This document shows, piece by piece, positions 55,787-64,000 of a stretch of 64,000 nucleotides of DNA; position 1 is the first letter of the stretch; each line of letters opens with the position of its first letter. Location of the stretch: NCBI GenBank assembly GCA_965246885.1, contig OZ251992.1, positions 2,016,001-2,080,000 of the forward strand, given 5' to 3'. This DNA comes from Abditibacterium sp. Lineage in GTDB: Bacteria > Armatimonadota > Abditibacteriia > Abditibacteriales > Abditibacteriaceae. The translations under genes and the position numbers were made by a program. The notes under the pieces are model-generated. The model did not search any database. It was not told the origin of the DNA and saw nothing but the letters and a program-made list of their open reading frames with translations.

Positions 55787-58354
55787 ATGAATCCTTCCGA
55801 GAAACCGCTGAATTTGGACGCGCTTCCCGGTGGGGCGCGCGAGGCGGTGCGCGAACTGCTGGCGGGCGAAACGGGCGAGGGGAACGGCGAACTGTCCTCG
55901 GACGTGCTGGACGCGCTCGCCGTTGACTCGCCGCTTTTGCCGCCGCGCGAGCCGGTCGGGGTGCGCCTCGCGTCCTACTTCGGGCGGCATCAGTTGCTGC
56001 TGCTACTCGGTTGCTTTCTGGCGCTGTGGGCGATTGTGTCGGCGCCGCTTCATTTGGGTGATGCCGATTTACGGGTCGGCATGAAGGTGTCGCATGACAT
56101 CGTGGCGCCGCAAAAGGACTTCGCTTTCGACGCCGACGAAACGCAAAAGCGCCGCGCGCGCGCGGCGGCCTTGGTCACTCCGGCTTATAATCCTGATCCA
56201 TCGGCGTTGGGGCAGGCGCTCGCGGAATTGCCGGAACTGTCGCGGACGGCGCGCCAAGTGGCGCGCGCCCTTGCGGCGCAAGCGGTGGCGACTCCTGCCC
56301 CGACTGCGTCGGTGTCGCTGGCCCCCGAAGAGCGCGGCGCGCTTCCCAAAGCGCCTTTGGTGTTGGCTCCGCCAGCGCTGCCCAAGCCCGTCTCCTTGGA
56401 AGCACTCTTTGCGGCGCGTGCGGGGTGGAAAGCGCCGCGCGCGGCAATTGTGGCGCTCGCGGGAGCGTCGGATGAGCGCTTTGAGGGCATCGTGCGGGCG
56501 GTGGGGGATGCGGTGTCGCAGACTTATGTGCGCGGGCGGATTCGCTCGGATGTGCCCGATGACGCGCTCGCGGTGCGCCCGATTTTAGCGGCGCAGCTTC
56601 AGTCGCTCGTGCAAAAGGGTGAGTTGACGGCATCTGAGCGCGAAGCGGCCTTGGCGCTGGGCGCGCGCCTCGCGCGCGTTCCTAACGTGGTGGTCAACGA
56701 GGAGGAGACGGAGCGCGCGCGCCGTCAAGCGCGCGAGTCGGTCGCGCCGGTGTTTCAACGGATAGAAGCCAACTCGCTTCTGGTGCACGAGGGGGAGCGC
56801 ATCTCGCCGGGGCAGTTCGTGCTGTTGCAGGAGTTGGGCTTGGCGGCGCCCAAGATTCGGCCACTGGAAATTCTGGCCAACGGCGCGCTGTGTCTGTTGC
56901 TGGTGGCGTCGGCGGCGTTCTTCTTGGGGCGGGGACATCGGGGGATATTGGCGCGACCCGCCGCGCTGTGGCTGGTCGCGTTCGTGCCGGTCGTGTTTCT
57001 GGCGCTGTTTCGGGTTATTTTGCGCGTGCCGCACGCGGACTTCTTGATGGTACCGCTCGCCGCGACCGCCGCGATGCTGATTACCGTTCTGTTGGATGCG
57101 CGCGTGGGCTTGGCGGCGGGGTTCGTGGTGGCGGCGCTGTGCGCGCTGATGGCGCACGCCGACGCGGGGTTGTTTCTGGGCGCAACGCTGTCGGCGTGGA
57201 TCGGCTCGTTGTCGGTGGCGAACCTGTCCTCGCGCCTTGCCCTCGCGCGTGCGGCGTGCGTGCTGGCGGGCACCAACACGCTGCTCGCGCTGGCCTTGGG
57301 CACGTTGCGATATGCGCCCCTTGAAGAAACGATCTCAACGGCGGCGTGGAGTGCCCTCGCGGGCTTGGCTTCGGTCGCGGCGATGGCGGCAAGCGCCATC
57401 TTCTTGGAGCGCCCATTTGGGATTACCTCGCACCTGCGTTTGTTGGAGTTGCTGGCGCCCGACGAGACCGTCATCCGGCGCATGCAGGTCGAGGCGCCGG
57501 GCACGTACACGCACTCCCTGATGGTGGCGACGCTTGGCGAAGCTGCCGCCAAAGCCATCGGAGCCGACTCGCTCTTGTGCCGAGTCGCGGGGCTGTATCA
57601 CGACATTGGGAAGCTGCGCCGCCCGCACTGCTTCATCGAGAACCAAAGCGGCGACAACATCCACGACCGCATCTCGCCCGCCCTCAGCGCCCTGCTGATT
57701 AAGGCGCACGTGAAGGATGGACTCGAACTGGGCCGCGCGCTCCGCTTGCCGCAACCGGTCTTGGAAGCCGTCGCTTCGCATCACGGCAAGGGCACCATCG
57801 CCTTTTTCCTCGCGCGTGCCAAAGCCACCTCCGACGGGGCGGTGGACGAGAAGCTGTTCTCCTATCCCGGCCCCCGGCCTCAGGGCAAGGAGGCCGCGAT
57901 TCTGATGCTCGCCGACTCGGTCGAGGCGTCCGCCCGCTCGCTCCAGAACCCCACGCCCGAAGCTCTGGCGGCGCACATCGAAGCCATCGTCGCTGCCAAA
58001 TTGCGCGAGGGAGAACTGGACGAATGTGAGTTATCGCTGCGCGAAATGGCGCTCGTGCGCGAAGCGTTCGCCACCACCTTGCGCGGAGCCATGCACGGGC
58101 GCGTCGCGTATCCCGATGCGGCGGGCTTGCAAGGCGAACTCGCCGCCCCATCGGGCGAGTGGGTGCGCCAAACTCTGGGCGACGACGCGCGCCGCGCGCC
58201 CGATGCGCCCCGGCCTAAAGCCAATTCCGCCAACGATAGCGCCCCAAACGGCACATCAAACGGCTCCGGCAAATCGCGCGGGCAACTCCGCCGCCGCTTG
58301 CGCGAAGAACGCGCCGCCCAAAAAGCCGCCGCCCAGTCCACCGATGCCTCGTAA
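55787..58354 (+). CDS. 7TM-HDIG phosphohydrolase (PgpH-like cyclic-di-AMP phosphodiesterase family)
   Basis: APGTYTHS, YHDIGK, FIENQ, HHG and ADSVEASARS motifs; located between phoH and ybeY. Confidence 0.88.
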   Translation: MNPSEKPLNLDALPGGAREAVRELLAGETGEGNGELSSDVLDALAVDSPLLPPREPVGVRLASYFGRHQLLLLLGCFLALWAIVSAPLHLGDADLRVGMKVSHDIVAPQKDFAFDADETQKRRARAAALVTPAYNPDPSALGQALAELPELSRTARQVARALAAQAVATPAPTASVSLAPEERGALPKAPLVLAPPALPKPVSLEALFAARAGWKAPRAAIVALAGASDERFEGIVRAVGDAVSQTYVRGRIRSDVPDDALAVRPILAAQLQSLVQKGELTASEREAALALGARLARVPNVVVNEEETERARRQARESVAPVFQRIEANSLLVHEGERISPGQFVLLQELGLAAPKIRPLEILANGALCLLLVASAAFFLGRGHRGILARPAALWLVAFVPVVFLALFRVILRVPHADFLMVPLAATAAMLITVLLDARVGLAAGFVVAALCALMAHADAGLFLGATLSAWIGSLSVANLSSRLALARAACVLAGTNTLLALALGTLRYAPLEETISTAAWSALAGLASVAAMAASAIFLERPFGITSHLRLLELLAPDETVIRRMQVEAPGTYTHSLMVATLGEAAAKAIGADSLLCRVAGLYHDIGKLRRPHCFIENQSGDNIHDRISPALSALLIKAHVKDGLELGRALRLPQPVLEAVASHHGKGTIAFFLARAKATSDGAVDEKLFSYPGPRPQGKEAAILMLADSVEASARSLQNPTPEALAAHIEAIVAAKLREGELDECELSLREMALVREAFATTLRGAMHGRVAYPDAAGLQGELAAPSGEWVRQTLGDDARRAPDAPRPKANSANDSAPNGTSNGSGKSRGQLRRRLREERAAQKAAAQSTDAS

Positions 58355-58874
58355 CGCCCTCACCCTTCGCACCTCCCAAGGCTGGCACCGCGACGCGCGC
58401 GCCTTTTTGCCGCCCGCGACAGGCTTCCGCGTCTTGAACGCCCTCGTCAAGCGCGCCTCGCTGTTATCAGTGCGCCAAACAATCGAGCGCAAGCCCCAAG
58501 CCGTCTTCCCGGCACTGCGCGAACGCGCCCACTCCCACATCTTCTGGCTCAATGTCACATGGGTGGACGACGCTCAAATGCGCGAATACAACCGCGTCTA
58601 TCGAAAAATAGACAAGCCGACGGACGTGCTCTCCTTTCCCTTTTGGGAAGGCGAAACGCTTTTCGAGGGCGAAGAGATTCCCTTGGGCGACCTCGTGTTG
58701 TCTCTCGAAACCGCCCTCCGGCAGGCGGCGGAACTCAAGCACTCCCTCGAAGACGAGTTAGCGTTTCTGGCCATTCACGGCACGTTGCACCTGCTCGGTT
58801 TCGACCACGACACGCCTGCCAAACGGCGGGCGATGTTCGGGTGGCAGGATGAATTATTCGCCGCGATGCGCTAA
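58344..58874 (+). CDS. ybeY: rRNA maturation RNase YbeY
   Basis: N..YR.IDKPTDVLSF, LGDLV.S and HGTLHLLGFDH motifs. Confidence 0.93.
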   Translation: MPRNALTLRTSQGWHRDARAFLPPATGFRVLNALVKRASLLSVRQTIERKPQAVFPALRERAHSHIFWLNVTWVDDAQMREYNRVYRKIDKPTDVLSFPFWEGETLFEGEEIPLGDLVLSLETALRQAAELKHSLEDELAFLAIHGTLHLLGFDHDTPAKRRAMFGWQDELFAAMR

Positions 58875-58880
58875 CGCAGG

Positions 58881-60251
58881 TTAGCGCATCAGGAACTTGA
58901 TCTCGTCGGACGAGAACTCACCGTTGTCCGTCAAAACCGTCACGCTCGCGGTGTGCGGGCCTTCGATGAAGCGGGCGCGGGGAATGGTGCGGCGCATGTC
59001 GCGGGTGTTGGACAGGGCAACCGTCGCGCCGTCCACTTTCCAAAACACGCCGCGCGCTTCCATGCCTTGCGGCAGTTGCACGCGCAGTTGCAGGTCGTCG
59101 GACACAATGTCGCCGTTTTTGATGCCGCGCAGGAACGGGCGGTCAATGGTGTTGGCGACGGCTGCCGAATCGAGCAGCATATCGTCCGAAGAGTCGCCAT
59201 AAGAGAGGGCGTTTGGGTCAACCGTCGTGCCCGCTTTGATGGGGCGCTGCCAACTGTTGGGGTCGAAATAAACTTGGCTGAGGAAGTGGTCGTCGGCGAT
59301 GAGGCCGCGATACGCCAGCAGCAGTTGGCCGTTAGACAGCAGCGAGTAGTCGTTATTGGCCAAACCCGCGTTGATGGTGTTGAGGCAGAACCAGTTCACG
59401 GATTTAACGCGGGGGAAGTTGTCGCGCAGGGCGCCGTAAAAGCGCTTAGTTTTGTTGATGGCGAACTGCACGGTTTGCTCGCCGGTGCCCTTACATTCCA
59501 CCGTTGCGGCGAACTCCGATATATGAACGGGCTTGCGCGCGGCGTAGCCCTCGTAAATAAAGCGCAAAAAGTCAACCGGGTCTTCCCCAGCCGACGGGCG
59601 GTTGCGGTCGCCGTCGTGGACGAACACCGAGTAGATATTGACGCCCACCCAGTCCGTCCACTCGTCGCCGGGGTAGTAGGATTCAATGGTGTCGGTCGGG
59701 CGGGCGAAGGGCGTCCACACCATCGCCACGTTGGGCGCTTCTTGCTTCATTATCTTCGACACAAGCGCGAACTTCTCTCGGTAGAGGCGCGGCGTGCCGC
59801 CGTAGCGCCGGATGCTCCAAGGCCCGTTCATTTCGCTCGCCCAGCGCAGGAAAATAGGGACTTTGGTGCGCGCCGCGTCGCGCGCCCAGTGGCGCAGATA
59901 CGCCGAATCCGTCACGCGGTCGAGTCCATCGTTGGGTTCATACGCGATGTGAGGCGCCGCGCCCGCGCGCGCCAGTTTGTGCACCCATCCCAGCGGAAAC
60001 GGTTGCCCGTAGCCCACGTAAGTGAAATACGAGGCGTGCTTTTTGGCGGTCAACTCTTCAAAAGCCGGAATGGAGCCTCTAACGTGCGAATCGCGCTCAA
60101 TGAAGGCGCCGATGTAGCAGCCTTTGGGCGGCTCGAACAGGGCGAGACGTGCCGGGGGGACGGTTGCGGGGGCGAGTGAGGCGGCGCGCGAGAAGCGGGC
60201 GGCGCCCAAAAGGGTGGCACTCGAAGCTAAAAATTGACGGCGAGTGGGCAT
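58881..60251 (-). CDS. Tat-exported glycoside hydrolase family 26-like protein
   Basis: TRRQFL Tat motif; RWASEMNGPW, YYPGD..DWVG and KPVHISEF motifs. Confidence 0.8.
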   Translation of the reverse strand: MPTRRQFLASSATLLGAARFSRAASLAPATVPPARLALFEPPKGCYIGAFIERDSHVRGSIPAFEELTAKKHASYFTYVGYGQPFPLGWVHKLARAGAAPHIAYEPNDGLDRVTDSAYLRHWARDAARTKVPIFLRWASEMNGPWSIRRYGGTPRLYREKFALVSKIMKQEAPNVAMVWTPFARPTDTIESYYPGDEWTDWVGVNIYSVFVHDGDRNRPSAGEDPVDFLRFIYEGYAARKPVHISEFAATVECKGTGEQTVQFAINKTKRFYGALRDNFPRVKSVNWFCLNTINAGLANNDYSLLSNGQLLLAYRGLIADDHFLSQVYFDPNSWQRPIKAGTTVDPNALSYGDSSDDMLLDSAAVANTIDRPFLRGIKNGDIVSDDLQLRVQLPQGMEARGVFWKVDGATVALSNTRDMRRTIPRARFIEGPHTASVTVLTDNGEFSSDEIKFLMR

Positions 60252-60429
60252 TGCGGTGAAGCGATTCGGCGGCGGGTGTGTCGAATGAAGGCGGTAAGTA
60301 GAAAACGCTGCGCCCGGAAAGTTCCCTTTGGGCGCCGTATTATCCGCTTGGTCTCTTGGGGCCGCGTGATAAAATAAAACGCCTTCCTTAATTATGCCTC
60401 GCCCGCGTCGTGCGGCGAGTCCGTTTCGT

Positions 60430-62667
60430 ATGACCGCTCCGATATCCTCTTCTGCCACCCAGCCCTCCTCGCTCGCGCCCTCTTCAGTTGAACAAGACGC
60501 GCCGGGGGTGGGCGGCGTCACCTTTCGCGCCGTTTTATTGTCGCTTGCGCTCGCGGCCTTCTTCGGCTACATCATTCCCGTCGTGGATATGAAGATGCGC
60601 AACACCTTTTTGGGCGCCACTCACTTGCCACCCGGTGCGGTTGCGGTGCTGCTGGTACTTTTGCTGTGCATTAACCCGCTCCTCAAAATCATGGCGCGCG
60701 ACCGGAGCCGGGTGGCGCTCGTGGTGGGCGTGATGCTTGGTTGTATAGCGATAGCGGGGGCCAACTTCCTGCGGGCGGGGTTTGACTCCATCCTGTTTTG
60801 GCTTTGTGGCGGTGCGGCCATCCTCATTCTGCTCACGCTCGCGCTGGGGCGGCGCCCGATGACGCGCAACGAGACGCTGACCATCTACATCTCCTGCCTG
60901 TTCTCGACGCTTGCGCCGGGACACGGCGCCGAAAACGTGTTCGTGGTCAACCTCCTCGGCCCGTTTTACTACGCGACGCGTGAGAACAAGTGGCTTGAGT
61001 TCTTGCAGCCCTACATCAAGCCTTGGATGACCCCCGCCCTGTCGCAAGGCGGCCCCATTTACGCCAACAACGCAACCGCGCAGGCCGTTGTGCACGGCTG
61101 GTTCGATAACACCAGAGACGGTCAAGTGCCTTGGGGGGCGTGGCTGGTGCCGCTTGCGGTGTGGGGGAGCGTCGTGCTCCTGATGTATGTGATGATGGCC
61201 TGCGTGTGCGTCATCATTCGCAAGCAGTGGGCCGAGCGCGAAGCACTCGCCTTTCCGCTTTTGCGCTTGCCGCTCGAATTGACCGAAGGCATGGATAAGC
61301 CCGACGCGGGCCTTGTCACCGGCTTTTTCCGCAACCCGACAATGTGGATTGGTTTCGGCATCGCGGTCTTCATTCAACTGATGCGCGGCCTTCATACGTA
61401 CTACCCAGATATGCCCGACTTCCCCCTCGTGTTGGAAGGCAACTACTTTTCCGAGGCGCCTTGGAATCAAATCGGCTGGACGCCTTTCAGCATTTATCCG
61501 GTCTTCGTGGGCATCTCGTTCCTGCTTACGACGGAGATCTCCTTCTCGTTCTGGTTCTTTTACCTGTTCATCAAAATGCAGTTTGTCCTCGCGTACTTGC
61601 TTGGCTTTAGTCCTAACACGCTTCCGCACCCAAAAGACAGTCTTGCTTCTGGCACGCCCGTATTCACCTACTACCAGCAAATCGGCTGTTACTTCGCGTA
61701 TGTGGGCATCATGGCGTGGACGGGGCGCGAGCATTTGCGTCATATCGTCCTGCGCGCCTTTGGTTTGCGGCGCCGCGACCGGGAGGAAAGCGAAGAGGCT
61801 TTGTCATACCCTGCCGCGTTTTGGGGGTTCGCGCTGTCGTTCGGCGCGCTGGTGGCGTGGACAATTGCGATGGGCGTCAATCCACTGCTCGCGTTTTTGC
61901 AGTGGGGGATGTACTTGGTCATTATCGTTGCCCTCACGCGCATCATCGCCGAAGCGGGCATTTTGTTCGTGCAGCAAGGCTGGGGGCCACTTGGCTCCAT
62001 CGGGCAAATCACGAACGCGGGGCCGACGCACTGGTTGCTGGGCGCCAAGTCCTTGCCTTCCGCCGCCATGATTCAAGGCAGTTTGATGACCGACCTGCGC
62101 GGCTTCATCATGCCCTCGTTTATCCAAGGCTTCAAATTGGCCCATGACCGCAAAATCCCGCTTAAGCCTCTGTTGGCACTGATGTTGGCGTGTTCGGTGA
62201 TCACCTTTGCGATGGGCACGTATTTCAATATCAAGTTCGGCTACAAGCAAGGCGGCACCTCGCTGGATGCGTGGTATGCGGGCGGCGCGGCGCAGGTTCC
62301 AGCCAACACCGCATCGGGCTTGGTGCAGGGTGTGCAGGACGCTTCGTATTGGAACTTGGTGTGGTTGGGGCTGGGAATGGCGATGACGTATGGGATGATG
62401 CTGGCACGCTCGCGCTTTGCGTGGTTCCCGCTCCACCCCATCGGTTTGTTGCTCTCACAAACCTATCCCATCGCCACGATCTGGTTCTCCGTTTTTCTCG
62501 GCTGGATGTTCAAAGTGCTCATCACCCGATTTGGCGGCACCGATTCCTACCGCAAAGCGACCCCCGCCTTTTTGGGGTTGGCGCTGGGGGATGTGTCCAT
62601 GATGCTGTTCTGGCTGGTCATAGACGGCTGGCAAGGGCACGTCGGACACAAACTGATGCCCGGCTGA
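60430..62667 (+). CDS. Large polytopic membrane protein (DUF6785/OPT-like transporter)
   Basis: About 16 TM helices; RKQW..RE.L.FPL, E.G and WFPLHPIG motifs. Confidence 0.7.
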   Translation: MTAPISSSATQPSSLAPSSVEQDAPGVGGVTFRAVLLSLALAAFFGYIIPVVDMKMRNTFLGATHLPPGAVAVLLVLLLCINPLLKIMARDRSRVALVVGVMLGCIAIAGANFLRAGFDSILFWLCGGAAILILLTLALGRRPMTRNETLTIYISCLFSTLAPGHGAENVFVVNLLGPFYYATRENKWLEFLQPYIKPWMTPALSQGGPIYANNATAQAVVHGWFDNTRDGQVPWGAWLVPLAVWGSVVLLMYVMMACVCVIIRKQWAEREALAFPLLRLPLELTEGMDKPDAGLVTGFFRNPTMWIGFGIAVFIQLMRGLHTYYPDMPDFPLVLEGNYFSEAPWNQIGWTPFSIYPVFVGISFLLTTEISFSFWFFYLFIKMQFVLAYLLGFSPNTLPHPKDSLASGTPVFTYYQQIGCYFAYVGIMAWTGREHLRHIVLRAFGLRRRDREESEEALSYPAAFWGFALSFGALVAWTIAMGVNPLLAFLQWGMYLVIIVALTRIIAEAGILFVQQGWGPLGSIGQITNAGPTHWLLGAKSLPSAAMIQGSLMTDLRGFIMPSFIQGFKLAHDRKIPLKPLLALMLACSVITFAMGTYFNIKFGYKQGGTSLDAWYAGGAAQVPANTASGLVQGVQDASYWNLVWLGLGMAMTYGMMLARSRFAWFPLHPIGLLLSQTYPIATIWFSVFLGWMFKVLITRFGGTDSYRKATPAFLGLALGDVSMMLFWLVIDGWQGHVGHKLMPG

Positions 62668-62687
62668 AAATCTTTCATTCGCCGCCT

Positions 62688-62822
62688 TCTGTCATCCATT
62701 CCCGCACGTCTGGCACTGGTTCCCACACCTTTGTCACCCATTCCCGCACGTCTGTCACCGGTTCCCGCGCCTCTGTCACTCGGCGGCAGACGTGCGGGAA
62801 CCAGTAACACACGTCTGTCTCC
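62688..62822. repeat. 21-bp-period repeat array 5 (about 7 units)
   Basis: TCTGTCA-like starts at 62688, 62709, 62730, 62751, 62772 and 62814; consensus TCTGTCACCSRTTCCCGCACG. Confidence 0.88.
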
Positions 62823-62944
62823 GAAAGAATGCTCCCCGTCGGCGGAAGAATTGTCTCCGTTGGCGAGTGAAGTCAACAAACCTTGTCTTGGTTTAAAGAA
62901 CCGGATAGTGCGCCGCATCGTCTGGCGCCGCGCTTCCTTCCGCT

Positions 62945-63940
62945 ATGAAACGAATTTTCTTGATGCTCACCCTCGTGGGCGCTTCTGTTGCGGGCACGTG
63001 GACACCCGCGCCTGCCGTTGCTGCCACTGCTCCAGTCCCCGCCGGGGGTGTTGCGGCGGATGTCAACGGCGACCACATTCCCTTGGGCGACTTGAACCGC
63101 ATCGTTGCGAGTATTAAAGCGAGCGACCCCGGTTTGCAAACCGACTCTCCCACCGCCCAAAAAGCGCTCTCCGATATCAAAGGGCAGATGCTGGATCAAC
63201 TGATTACCACCCGCCTGTTGGCCCAAGAAGCGCACCGTCAGAAGATCGCTCCTTCCCCCAAAGCGGTGGACGACGCCCTCACGCAACTGCGGGGCAACTT
63301 CAAGACAGAAGCCGAGTTCAACCAGTGGCTCCAAAGCGACGGCAAAACGGTCGCCGACGTCAAGCGCAGCATCGCCGACGAACTGGCCATCCGCGAGCTT
63401 TCCGCGCAGTTGACCGGCGACATCACGGTTTCGCCCGACGACATCGGCACGTTCTACCGCGATCACCTCAAGCAGTTCGCCGTCCCCGAAACCATCCAAG
63501 CGCGCCACATTATGTTGGCGCTCAACCCCAACGCGTCCGCCGCCGACAAAGCCGCCGTTTCCAAGCGCGCCCAAAACCTCATCGCCCAACTCCGCAACCA
63601 CGCCGATTTCGCGGCTTTGGCCAAGGCCAACTCCGACGACCCGGAAGGCCGAGACAACGGCGGCGACATGGGCACCTTTGTGCTCGACGAGATGATCCAG
63701 CCCATCGCCGATGCTTGCGCTAAGGCCAAAGCGGGCGACATCGTCGGCCCCGTCACCACCGAGTTTGGCCTGCACATCATCCGCATAGACGCCCGCAACG
63801 CGGCCACAACCGTGCCTCTATCAACCGTGCAAAGCAGTCCGCAAATCAAGGCAATCGTGCTCAAACAGAAAGTCCAAGCGCGGTTGGATGAGCGCATCGC
63901 CAAGCTACGCGCGGCGGCAACCATCAAAAAATATGTGTAA
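62945..63940 (+). CDS. PpiC-type peptidyl-prolyl isomerase (PrsA/SurA-like foldase)
   Basis: Signal peptide, SurA-N-like helices, ARHIM, FAALAK..SDD, GGDMG and FGLHII motifs. Confidence 0.9.
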   Translation: MKRIFLMLTLVGASVAGTWTPAPAVAATAPVPAGGVAADVNGDHIPLGDLNRIVASIKASDPGLQTDSPTAQKALSDIKGQMLDQLITTRLLAQEAHRQKIAPSPKAVDDALTQLRGNFKTEAEFNQWLQSDGKTVADVKRSIADELAIRELSAQLTGDITVSPDDIGTFYRDHLKQFAVPETIQARHIMLALNPNASAADKAAVSKRAQNLIAQLRNHADFAALAKANSDDPEGRDNGGDMGTFVLDEMIQPIADACAKAKAGDIVGPVTTEFGLHIIRIDARNAATTVPLSTVQSSPQIKAIVLKQKVQARLDERIAKLRAAATIKKYV

Positions 63941-64000
63941 GTGGCAAGGGTGGAACGGCGGGCGAAACGCGAATCTCGTTCGCCGCCGCGTTGACAGATG

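Overview
GC-rich bacterial chromosomal window with mostly housekeeping genes. Gene content and style suggest an Abditibacteriota/Armatimonadota-like lineage (inference only). It holds sdhCA (sdhA partial), a Tad-like protein, rfbC, a Thermotoga-type RNase Z, a hybrid histidine kinase, a pstS-pstS-pstCAB-phoU locus with Pho-box-like repeats, hom and thrC, maf-mreBC with a displaced mreD, aroQ, tRNA-Leu(TAA), tRNA-Gly(CCC), pilT, a VIT-vWA operon, lemA, yqeY-phoH-HD-ybeY, a GH26 and a PpiC foldase. I found no CRISPR array, transposase or prophage. The most unusual signals are non-coding. (1) Five intergenic arrays share one 21-bp-period quasi-palindromic repeat family (core TGACAGAC|GTCTGTCA), each between co-directional genes. 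(2) A perfect 41-bp inverted copy of the tRNA-Gly core flanks a 54-bp segment that carries the tRNA promoter, like an invertible switch. (3) A (C/T)ANACT hexamer sits 6-9 nt before at least 15 start codons, implying widespread leaderless expression. (4) Two toxin-antitoxin pairs have a disabled toxin and an intact partner. (5) One structured leader has mutually exclusive hairpins. All calls come from manual reading; no searches were run.
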